64,000 bases of DNA from Armatimonadota bacterium. Its GTDB lineage: Bacteria; Armatimonadota; SYMT01. Under the pieces are notes generated by a model. The model was not told where the DNA came from. It saw only the letters and a list, made by a program, of their open reading frames with translations, and ran no database searches. The stretch lies in assembly GCA_041690135.1 (NCBI GenBank), contig JAWLHY010000010.1, positions 299,511-363,510 on the forward strand, in the 5' to 3' direction. Below, in pieces: positions 19,428 through 27,568 of this stretch. Position 1 is the stretch's first letter; each line of letters begins with the position of its first letter. The translations under genes and the position numbers were made by a program.

Positions 19428-19624
19428 CGACACTCCTAGCGGCCGTTCGGCCTCTCTTGTGTGGATTACTTCACACCGCCCGCACGAAATAGTCCACTCC
19501 TCAACGCGTGTAGCCTGGCTATCCTTTTGAGGTCCGGGGACGACCCGGAAGCCCGAATGAGAAAGCTAACGCACGGCCAGGGACCCACGCAATTCCCCAG
19601 GCCGGAACTCCCAAGGAGATGGAA

Positions 19625-20701
19625 ATGGCAGTTCAAACCTTCGATCCCGTACGCTCGGAAGCTTTCGGCGAAAAGCTCGCCGGCTCATTGAACCAGACCG
19701 CCGTGGCTCTAATGACCTCCATCGGTCATCGTACGGGGCTGTTCGATACGATGTCACGGCTCCCCGCCTCTACCTGTGCCGAAGTCGCCGAGGCCGCCGG
19801 TCTCAGTGAGCGATACGTTCGGGAGTGGCTCGGCGCTATGGTGACTGGCGGAGTGGTGGAACACGACCCGGAAACGGCTCGTTTTTCCCTGCCCGCGGAG
19901 CATGCCGCCTGGCTGACCCGCGCGGCCAGCCCGAACAATTTCGCGGCCGCTGCCCAGTGGGTGGCCGTGCTTGGTACAGCCGAGGACGCGGTGGTCGAGG
20001 CCTTCCGCCACGGCAAGGGAGTCCCCTACTCGGCTTATCCGCGGTTCCACGAGGTGATGGCGGAAGAGAGCGAGCAGACGGTAGTAGCGGCGCTGATGGA
20101 GCATATTTTGCCACTGGCGCCGGGGCTGACCGAGCGGCTGCGGCAGGGCATCCGCGTGTTGGACGTCGGCTGCGGTCGGGGTCGCGCGCTCCAGCGGATG
20201 GCCACCGAGTTCCCGCGCAGCCGGTTCGTGGGGTACGACTTCTCGCAGGAAGCCATCGAGGGCGCCCGGCGCGAAACCGCCGAGCGCGGCCTGGAAAATG
20301 TCCGGTTCGCAGTGCAGGATGCCGCCGAAATCGATGACCCGCAGGCGTTCGACCTCATCACTGGGTTCGACGTGATCCACGACCAGGCACGACCGGCCCA
20401 GGTGCTGAAGAACATTGCCCGCGCGCTACGGCCCGGAGGCCTGTTCCTGATGCAGGACATCAGCGGTTCCAGCCACCTCCATGCCGACTGCCAGCACCCG
20501 TTCGGACCGTTCCTGTATACGATCTCCTGCATGCACTGCATGTCCGTTTCGCTGGCGAATGGCGGGCCAGGGTTGGGTGCCATGTGGGGCAAGGAGACGG
20601 CCCTGCGAATGCTGGAAGAAGCCGGTTTTGCGGAGGTCCGGGTCGAGCAGCTTCCGCATGATCCGCTGAACTTCTATTTCCTCGCCTCCCCGGGGCGATA
20701 G
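19625..20701 (+). CDS. Class I SAM methyltransferase with N-terminal wHTH (Rv2258c-like)
   Basis: GLSERYVREWL, VLDVGCGRG, FDVIHD and YTISCMHCM motifs. Confidence 0.92.
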   Translation: MAVQTFDPVRSEAFGEKLAGSLNQTAVALMTSIGHRTGLFDTMSRLPASTCAEVAEAAGLSERYVREWLGAMVTGGVVEHDPETARFSLPAEHAAWLTRAASPNNFAAAAQWVAVLGTAEDAVVEAFRHGKGVPYSAYPRFHEVMAEESEQTVVAALMEHILPLAPGLTERLRQGIRVLDVGCGRGRALQRMATEFPRSRFVGYDFSQEAIEGARRETAERGLENVRFAVQDAAEIDDPQAFDLITGFDVIHDQARPAQVLKNIARALRPGGLFLMQDISGSSHLHADCQHPFGPFLYTISCMHCMSVSLANGGPGLGAMWGKETALRMLEEAGFAEVRVEQLPHDPLNFYFLASPGR

Positions 20702-20726
20702 CGCCCGGCCGGAGACTGGATCGCTG

Positions 20727-20771
20727 GCCTCGAGGGTGCTGCCGTACGGCAACACCCTCGAGGCTGTTTTC
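20727..20771 (+). terminator. Intrinsic terminator
   Basis: GCCTCGAGGGTG...CACCCTCGAGGC stem followed by TGTTTTC. Confidence 0.7.
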
Positions 20772-20833
20772 TGCCAAATCCACCCAGGAATATCCCCTTC
20801 CTGTAATGTACTGTGCAGTAACGGAGGGAGCCC

Positions 20834-21313
20834 ATGGGACGCCAGAAAACCTGGCGAGAGAAACTCGCCGACTGCAAAGATCTTCCCAAGTTGGAGCCGA
20901 TTACCGGACGCATGGCGAAGCGCTGGGGCCAGGGAACCGTTGTGATCCCGGCGCCGCTGGAAGTCGACGCATTGATGCGCCGGGTACCTGCGGGGCAGGT
21001 CACGACCATAAACGAGCTGCGCGCGGCCCTGGCGACGAAACACGGGGCGGACATCGGCTGTCCAATGACCACGGGGATCTTTGCTTGGATCGCCGCACAC
21101 GCCGCCGATGAGGCCACCATGGACGGGGAGATGGACGTCACCCCGTATTGGAGAACCCTGAAAGCCGGGGGAGAACTGAACCCGAAGTATCCCGGCGGGG
21201 TGGAGCGCCAGCGCGAGCGGCTGCTTGCCGAAGGGTACCGGATCGTAGAGCGAAGAAAGACACTTCGCGTGGAAGGCTTCGACCAGCACCTTGCCGACCT
21301 GCAATCCCACTAA
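20834..21313 (+). CDS. MGMT/alkyltransferase-like DNA-binding protein
   Basis: VPAGQVTT, CPMTTG, PYWRTL and QRERLLAEG motifs. Confidence 0.85.
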   Translation: MGRQKTWREKLADCKDLPKLEPITGRMAKRWGQGTVVIPAPLEVDALMRRVPAGQVTTINELRAALATKHGADIGCPMTTGIFAWIAAHAADEATMDGEMDVTPYWRTLKAGGELNPKYPGGVERQRERLLAEGYRIVERRKTLRVEGFDQHLADLQSH

Positions 21314-21344
21314 CGCCCTCCACTCAATCAAAAGAGGATGGACC

Positions 21345-21866
21345 GTGCAACATCCCGGATCCTCCCGGAAATCTAACGACGCGATCCGCAGTCGCCGCCA
21401 GGCGGTCGTGGAGTTGAGCGTGGGAGTCTTCACCACGTTTGCAGCGCGTGCGACAGCCGCCTCGGACGGGACTTCTGGCCCCGCGGTACAGAGAGTGTGG
21501 GGGCGGCGAGGCAAAGGGGTTGGGGTGATCGAAGGGTGCATCAGCATCGCACTGGGAGAAGGCGATACGATCTTCGTCACCAACTTCCATAATCGCCGTA
21601 TCCAGCGTTTCACTCCGGAAGGCCATTTCATTACAGCCTTTCCGGTACCACCAAACCCCACGGGCCCGGGAACGCTCCGGCAACCTCTACCTGGCGCAGT
21701 GGAGCAGCAGTTTTCCGCCGACGGCCGGTTCCTGCGCGGTTTCGGCGGCAAGGGCTCGGACCCGGCCCGCTTCCATCTTCCGCACGGGCTCACCCTGGAC
21801 AGCCGGGGACACCCCTGTGTCGTGGACACCCTCAACGCCCGAATCCAGTGCTTCGACGTCAGGTGA
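21345..21866 (+). pseudogene. Truncated NHL-repeat protein
   Basis: Only two NHL blades (IFVTNFHNRRIQRF; FHLPHGL..VVDTLNARIQCF) joined by a non-NHL segment; degraded N-terminus. Confidence 0.6.
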
Positions 21867-21936
21867 AGTGCTGCCTGCACCGAGGGAGTGCGAACCCGCT
21901 AGGTAAATAGTCTTTTGGTGAGAAGGAGACAACCTG

Positions 21937-22842
21937 ATGAAGAAGACCCCGAAACGGATATTCGGCATGGCGTTGATTGCGGGCGCCGTGGCGCTGTCCG
22001 GCGAACGCCCCTGGGCCGCCCAGCAACCTCCCAAGGCAGGCGCGGCGGCCAAGACGGCGGCAGCCAACCCGGCAGCAGCAGAGTTGAAACCAGGTGCGGA
22101 GAAAAGAAACCCGAAGGATGGCGCCATCCTCGTCTACGTCCCGGCCGGCGAGTTCACCATGGGTGCCGACGATGGCTTCGAGAACGAAAAGCCCGCGCGC
22201 AAGGTCCGCCTGACAAAGGGGTACTGGATCTACAAGACGGAAGTCACCAACGCGATGTACGGGAAGTTTCTGGCGGCAAACCTGAAGCATCCCCGCCCCC
22301 TCTATTGGAAGAAAGTGGCCCTGTTGAGCGCTCCCGACCAACCGGTGGTGGGCGTGACCTGGGACGACGCCATCGCCTACTGCAAGTGGGCCGGAGTGCG
22401 CCTCCCCACCGAGGTGGAGTGGGAGTACGCCGCTCGGGGTGGCGATGGTCGCAAGTATCCCTGGGGTAAGGAGGAGCCGGATGCTACCCGCGCCATCTTC
22501 GGGCTCCCGGAAGAGGGCGGCAAGCCGGGCACTCCCGGTAAACTGGACGCGGGCGCCAGCCCGTTCGGCGTCCGCGACATGGCCGGAAACGTGTGGGAGT
22601 GGTGCGGCGACTGGTACGACCGGTTCGCCTACCGCCCGGCGGCGCCCGCGGTCCAGCCGGCGGCCAACATGCCGCCCCCGGTCGTTACCGATCCGAAGGC
22701 GCCCGCCACGGGTCTTGAGCGGGTCGTACGGGGCGGCTCCTGGTTCACTCCGGCCCAGTATCTCCGCGCCTCACTGCGCATGCGGTATGAGCCCGGAACT
22801 CGTACCCCCGACCTCGGCTTCCGGGGCGCACTCTCCGAGTAA
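21937..22842 (+). CDS. Formylglycine-generating-enzyme (SUMF1/PvdO) family protein, secreted
   Basis: FTMG, EVTN, RLPTEVEWEYAARG, DMAGNVWEW, RGGSW and GFR motifs. Confidence 0.93.
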   Translation: MKKTPKRIFGMALIAGAVALSGERPWAAQQPPKAGAAAKTAAANPAAAELKPGAEKRNPKDGAILVYVPAGEFTMGADDGFENEKPARKVRLTKGYWIYKTEVTNAMYGKFLAANLKHPRPLYWKKVALLSAPDQPVVGVTWDDAIAYCKWAGVRLPTEVEWEYAARGGDGRKYPWGKEEPDATRAIFGLPEEGGKPGTPGKLDAGASPFGVRDMAGNVWEWCGDWYDRFAYRPAAPAVQPAANMPPPVVTDPKAPATGLERVVRGGSWFTPAQYLRASLRMRYEPGTRTPDLGFRGALSE

Positions 22843-22883
22843 AGCTCAGGACGGTGGTCGTCGCTACTCGCAATGGGGATGAA

Positions 22884-22912
22884 AGACAGGGAGGCACAAC
22901 GCCTCCCTGTCT
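22884..22912 (+). terminator. Hairpin / probable terminator
   Basis: AGACAGGGAGGC-ACAAC-GCCTCCCTGTCT, 12-bp perfect stem. Confidence 0.7.
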
Positions 22913-23017
22913 GTGTGCGGGCTGCCCCGTGGTAGCGCCGCCTATTTCCCGGCGTAACCCTGGGGACTTCAACCACATCTGATGACTGACACATTTTCCT
23001 GGGGAGCAACCTGCCAG

Positions 23018-23497
23018 ATGCGCGCACAACCTGCTCTGATCCTCGCGGCAACATTCCTCTTCCTTCGCACCGGCCCGGTCGATGCAAAGGCAGCCTACAT
23101 CCCCCTCCCGCAGAAGGCGGCTGCATCCGACCTGATTGCGCGGGTGAATGTGCTCTCGATTTCACCCGCCCCAGCGGGCTCCCGATACCGGGGTATCGCT
23201 CGTGTCCGCATCGTGGCATCTATCAAAGGACTGGCGAAAGGTAAAGAGGTCGATCTGGAATTCGACAACGGACTGGCATGCCCGAACGTGCGCTACGCAA
23301 AGGGTGAGGATTGCCTCATCTTCGCGGCCCGTCTCCAGAACGGGCACTTCGAAACCTATAACACCTACTTTGGGAAGTACTTCTACCGCGACGGCAAGGT
23401 GCTCGGCTGGATGGCGGAGGACTTCCGGAGCCGGGATTCTCCCTGGACCACAGTGGTCAATCAGCTCCAATCGCAACTGGCAGATCGCAAACCATGA
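23018..23497 (+). CDS. Secreted hypothetical protein
   Basis: Signal peptide; SDLIARV and CPNVRY..GE motifs; ATGA overlap with the next gene. Confidence 0.7.
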   Translation: MRAQPALILAATFLFLRTGPVDAKAAYIPLPQKAAASDLIARVNVLSISPAPAGSRYRGIARVRIVASIKGLAKGKEVDLEFDNGLACPNVRYAKGEDCLIFAARLQNGHFETYNTYFGKYFYRDGKVLGWMAEDFRSRDSPWTTVVNQLQSQLADRKP

Positions 23498-24525
23498 CCC
23501 GCCGGCTTTTCCTGGGCGGCACTGGTGCATTTTTTCTGGTAGGCTGCCGCCCACAGACGGAACGAACGAGCGAGCGCACGGAAACGCCGCGGGTCACCGT
23601 CTACACCTCTCTCGATGAACCCTACGCGCGGCCGGTCCTCGAAGCCTTCACTCGGGAGACAGGTGTTCCGGTCCAGCCGGTCTATGACACCGAAGCCAAC
23701 AAGTCCCGGGGCCTGGCACAAAAGATCCTGGCAGAAAAGGGCCGCCCGCGCGCCGACGTCTTCTGGAGCTCCGAGATCCTCCAGATGCTCCGCCTGAAAG
23801 AGCAGGGGGCGCTGGCGGCCTACCAATCCCCCTCCGCGGAAGGCATTCCGAGTCGCTACCGAGACCCGGAGGGATACTGGACCGGCTTCGCGGCCCGCTT
23901 CCGGGTGCTGGCCTGCAACCGGGAGAAGGTGAGCCAATTGCCCCGGGGCCTGGCCGACCTGACCGACCCGCGCTGGAAGGGGGAGGTCGCGATGGCGCAA
24001 CCCCTGTTCGGGACTACCACTTCCGAAGCGGCCGCCCTGTACCAGCTCTGGGGACCGGAGAAGGCCGCCGCCTACTACCGGGCGCGAAAACAGAATGAAA
24101 CCCGGATCGTCTCGGGCAACAGCGCCGCCGCCGAGCGCGCCGCCCAAGGCGAGGTGCTGATCGGGCAGACCGACACGGACGACGCCTACATCCGCATCGA
24201 CGACGGGGCCTCACTCGAAGTGGTGTTTCCTGACCAGGACGGCGTCGGCGCGATGCTCATTCCGAACACCGCCGCCCTGGTGCAGGGAGGCCCCCAGCCG
24301 GACCTGGGCCGCAAGTTCCTCGACTACCTGCTTCAACCGGAAACAGAGCTACTGTTGGCCGGCTTGCCCTCCCGCCAGTTGCCGCTTCACCCAACCGTCC
24401 AGGACCGCCTGCCGGAGCAAGTCCGCCCCCTGGCCGGAGTGAAGGCGATGGAACTTGATTATCCCCGCCTCCTCGACCACTTCGAGGCGCTTGACGCCAT
24501 GCTTCGCAGCCTGTTCCTCAGCTAG
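23494..24525 (+). CDS. ABC transporter substrate-binding lipoprotein (Fe3+/thiamine-like family)
   Basis: TRRLFL and LVGC lipobox; VYTSLD, PRADVFWS, DLTDPRWKG and TDTDD motifs. Confidence 0.9.
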   Translation: MTRRLFLGGTGAFFLVGCRPQTERTSERTETPRVTVYTSLDEPYARPVLEAFTRETGVPVQPVYDTEANKSRGLAQKILAEKGRPRADVFWSSEILQMLRLKEQGALAAYQSPSAEGIPSRYRDPEGYWTGFAARFRVLACNREKVSQLPRGLADLTDPRWKGEVAMAQPLFGTTTSEAAALYQLWGPEKAAAYYRARKQNETRIVSGNSAAAERAAQGEVLIGQTDTDDAYIRIDDGASLEVVFPDQDGVGAMLIPNTAALVQGGPQPDLGRKFLDYLLQPETELLLAGLPSRQLPLHPTVQDRLPEQVRPLAGVKAMELDYPRLLDHFEALDAMLRSLFLS

Positions 24526-24567
24526 GGAGGGAGGCAAAACCAACAATGCCGTTCCGGACCGATCTAG

Positions 24568-24613
24568 AGTGAAGGGCGGATCCGGGTTACTTCCGGATCC
24601 GCCCTTCACTTTT
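24568..24613. terminator. Terminator between convergent genes
   Basis: 18-bp perfect stem AGTGAAGGGCGGATCCGG / CCGGATCCGCCCTTCACT plus TTT. Confidence 0.85.
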
Positions 24614-24653
24614 GCATCGCAAAACCTGGGGCTGCCCTGCCCCAGCCTGATTG

Positions 24654-25349
24654 CTACTGGTAGATGTTGAACATTTGCATGTCGTTCAGCATATTCTCCG
24701 TCTTCACCCACTTGGCGTGCCCGTCACAGAAGAGGACATTCATGCCGCCCTGGTGACGGGGATACAAGACCTCCCCTAACACTCCGACCAGATAGGTCTC
24801 TCCGCTCGCGGTCTTGCCGGTGTTGTTCCAGCCGGCAGTGTTCGGCAGCCAATGGCACCACCAGGCATTATTCGACTCGAACACGAGACCGGTGGTCGCC
24901 GGATGGGCGAACTGGGCTTCCGTCACGGGGAAGGTCGGCGTAGCTGTGCCTTCCGGGAAGTGGGTTCCATGCGCCATGTTGATGGCATAGCGGGTTCCCT
25001 GGACATTATCCGGGGGTTCGCCTCCGCCCGCCGGGTTGAGTACGACATTGGTGGGACCGCCGGGACAGCGGAAAATGTCCCGGTTCTTGATGTAGGGCCG
25101 AATCTTGTCGGCCCAGATGATCCGCCGCCCCGGGTAACTCACATCGTCATAGACCGACGGATAGGCACCGTCGTAGTCCTGGGCGTACATGCCAAACGCC
25201 AGCCCCATCTGCTTTTCATTGGATAGGCAGGAAGTCTTGCGGGCCGCTTCACGCGCCTGGGCGAATACGGGGAAGAGGATAGCAGCCAGGATGGCGATGA
25301 TGGCAATAACGACGAGAAGTTCAATAAGCGTAAAGCCACGTCTCTTCAT
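24654..25349 (-). CDS. DUF1559 prepilin-type N-terminal cleavage/methylation protein with H-X9-DG motif
   Basis: [27 protein letters not shown] and [17 protein letters not shown] motifs. Confidence 0.95.
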   Translation of the reverse strand: MKRRGFTLIELLVVIAIIAILAAILFPVFAQAREAARKTSCLSNEKQMGLAFGMYAQDYDGAYPSVYDDVSYPGRRIIWADKIRPYIKNRDIFRCPGGPTNVVLNPAGGGEPPDNVQGTRYAINMAHGTHFPEGTATPTFPVTEAQFAHPATTGLVFESNNAWWCHWLPNTAGWNNTGKTASGETYLVGVLGEVLYPRHQGGMNVLFCDGHAKWVKTENMLNDMQMFNIYQ

Positions 25350-25389
25350 GAAGTCCTCCGTTGGACTGGGTTCAATAACAGCCAGACAA

Positions 25390-25671
25390 TTAGCGCGGCT
25401 GCGCCGGTGGGATGAGGCTGGGGGCGCCCTGCGTGGGTAACGTCGGTGTGGCTCCCATTGCTCCAGGCGGTCGCAAGACGTTCGCGTTGGGATTTCCTGA
25501 ACCGGCCGGTAGTGAGGCCGGCGCGCTCAGCTTCACGGCTTCCTCGGGGGTGAGCCCCCGATTGAATGCACGCCAACCCAGGAATCCTCCAACTACGGCG
25601 AGCAGGATGACTCCGACCAGGATGCCGAGTTTCACGTTGCTGTTTTCTTGGTCCATAGGATGCTGACTCAA
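25390..25671 (-). CDS. Small single-TM Pro-rich protein
   Basis: One TM helix ([19 protein letters not shown]); directly upstream of the DUF1559 gene; start could be ATG25656. Confidence 0.7.
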   Translation of the reverse strand: MSQHPMDQENSNVKLGILVGVILLAVVGGFLGWRAFNRGLTPEEAVKLSAPASLPAGSGNPNANVLRPPGAMGATPTLPTQGAPSLIPPAQPR

Positions 25672-25798
25672 CCTTCCTCAACTGGAGAAGCAGTCGGTGG
25701 AGTGCGAACCACCTCCCCCCTGATGCTGGGCGAGCGGCGGTCGTCTGAGACGGCCCCTTAGAGGAAACACAGGAGAGGACGCGGATTCTCCGCGCCGA

Positions 25799-25835
25799 CT
25801 TAGCAGGTCCTTAGCAGGCGCTAAAGACCTGCTTA
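25799..25835. promoter_or_regulatory. Inverted/direct repeat upstream of the DUF1559 operon
   Basis: AGCAGGTC-C-TTAG...CTAA-A-GACCTGCT; CTTAGCAGG occurs twice. Confidence 0.4.
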
Positions 25836-25882
25836 GGAGGTTGGCTTCCCACCATTAACCATAGAGAAAACCTGTTTACCGC

Positions 25883-25922
25883 AAAAACCACCTTCCACAG
25901 TGCCTGGCACTGCGAAAGGTGG
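25883..25922 (-). terminator. Intrinsic terminator
   Basis: Minus strand CCACCTTTCGCAGTGCC-A-GGCACTGTGGAAGGTGG-TTTTT. Confidence 0.85.
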
Positions 25923-25974
25923 CCTGATGGAATGGTGAGGTTGTTTAGTCGCAACCCCGGCCTGGTTCGTCTAA

Positions 25975-27219
25975 TCAGAGCCGTTGGGGGCCACTGCGGA
26001 CCGCAATCGCCATCCGCTCGCGCCGCTCCAATACCAATCGACGAGCCTTGCGAACCCTTTGCCTGGACTGTCGCTCGCTGCGGTGGATGGCCAGGAGGCG
26101 CGCCGCGATCTCTTCGCCGCGGGTGTCGTCGATCTCGAAGATCCACTCTTCCAGACCCACATCACGCCACATCTGGCCTTTGCGGGTGTCGGTTGGCTGG
26201 CGCAGGTGGATGGCCGGCGTTCCATTCGCCAGCGCAATGATGGGCGAGTGCATCTCAAAGCTCACGACGGCGGCGGCACGGGCGTAGGTGGAGGCTGCTT
26301 CATCGGTGAGCCAATAGCCGGGGCGCACCACCACCTTCGGCTTCACGTCCTCCGGCAAGGGGTCGAACAGCAACGGCCGCAGTAGTTCCACCTGGTACGT
26401 CATTTCGGGACAGAGGAGCGCCATCTTACCCGTCTTCCGCACCCATGCGACGATCGCCGTCCGCAGCTTGGCATGGTCCGCCTCCCGGTAACGCTCGTTC
26501 TCGGCTTCCTTCCGCGCGATCTCTTCCGGCGCGTACTTCCGGCCTTCTTTCCAGTAGGGGGTCCAACGCAACCGCGGCACGAAACAGGCGAACTGCCCAC
26601 GCTCCAGCCGGTGCTCGCGCAGGAAGGTTTCCGCCCGGACATCGTCCCGAAGGTCGAGGTGGAAGGTGGCGTCCGGTCCGAACTCCATCAGCGGACCGCG
26701 AATCCCGCTCTCCTTCAATGCAGCCAGGGAGAGGGTGTCACGACAGAAGACAAAGCGGGCCTCGCTCAGCAGCTCACGCCGGTCCTTGAGCTCGGCATCG
26801 CTCAAAGTTACGCCGCCGATCCCATAGGGCTTACCGGTGGCGCGCCACCGCTCCATCTCCCGCCAGCCCACGAGGCTCGGTCCGGAGCCGTGCAGGCCGA
26901 AGTCGCACTCTTCCAGCGCGCGCGCCTGCTCCTCCGGGGTCCGCGCCAGCCGCAGCCGGGGAAACCGCGCCCGGAGCATCCGCTCCACGTCTTCGGACAG
27001 CCGGTTCGGCCAGAGCGTGACGAGCGTCTCCGGAAGATGCCGCTCCAGCAGCGCCAGCATGCCCGGCGTGTGGGCGATATCGCCGATGTTGACCGTCTGC
27101 CACGACGAGCGCAGCAACACGTGCCGCGGCGCGCGACCGGCAGCGAGGAGTGAGCGTGGAAACGCCGAGGCGGCAGCCCCAACGGCAGTTTGAACGAGAA
27201 GTTGGCGGCGGTTGATCAT
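25975..27219 (-). CDS. Polysaccharide pyruvyl transferase family protein, Tat-exported
   Basis: NRRQLL; SSWQTVNIGD, FCRDTLS, GPDATF and EMHSPI motifs. Confidence 0.88.
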   Translation of the reverse strand: MINRRQLLVQTAVGAAASAFPRSLLAAGRAPRHVLLRSSWQTVNIGDIAHTPGMLALLERHLPETLVTLWPNRLSEDVERMLRARFPRLRLARTPEEQARALEECDFGLHGSGPSLVGWREMERWRATGKPYGIGGVTLSDAELKDRRELLSEARFVFCRDTLSLAALKESGIRGPLMEFGPDATFHLDLRDDVRAETFLREHRLERGQFACFVPRLRWTPYWKEGRKYAPEEIARKEAENERYREADHAKLRTAIVAWVRKTGKMALLCPEMTYQVELLRPLLFDPLPEDVKPKVVVRPGYWLTDEAASTYARAAAVVSFEMHSPIIALANGTPAIHLRQPTDTRKGQMWRDVGLEEWIFEIDDTRGEEIAARLLAIHRSERQSRQRVRKARRLVLERRERMAIAVRSGPQRL

Positions 27220-27568
27220 CAGTGAACTACGGATGCCCGAGTAGATACCGGGGCTACAGCAAACAGGCGCCTCAAGTCGCGTGCTGAAAAAGCGCTAAGT
27301 CGGCACCCCCTCGGGGCGTAAACCTGCGCCGACTGGTATCGCTGCCTGGCTTTCCGACCACACCAGGTGAACTGCGACTGTAGCGTTAGAGAGAACCTAA
27401 ATCCCACGGAATGAATGCGACACGCCCGTTAACGCCACCTCCTCTACGAATACTTCCTTCCCTTGCGGATTTGACTCCCCCCGAGGGGCGTAAACCTTTG
27501 CGCGAGATTCCGTCTTCCCGGCGGCTTAAACACGCAACCGGAACGAGCTCTCGTTGTCGCAACAGGCA

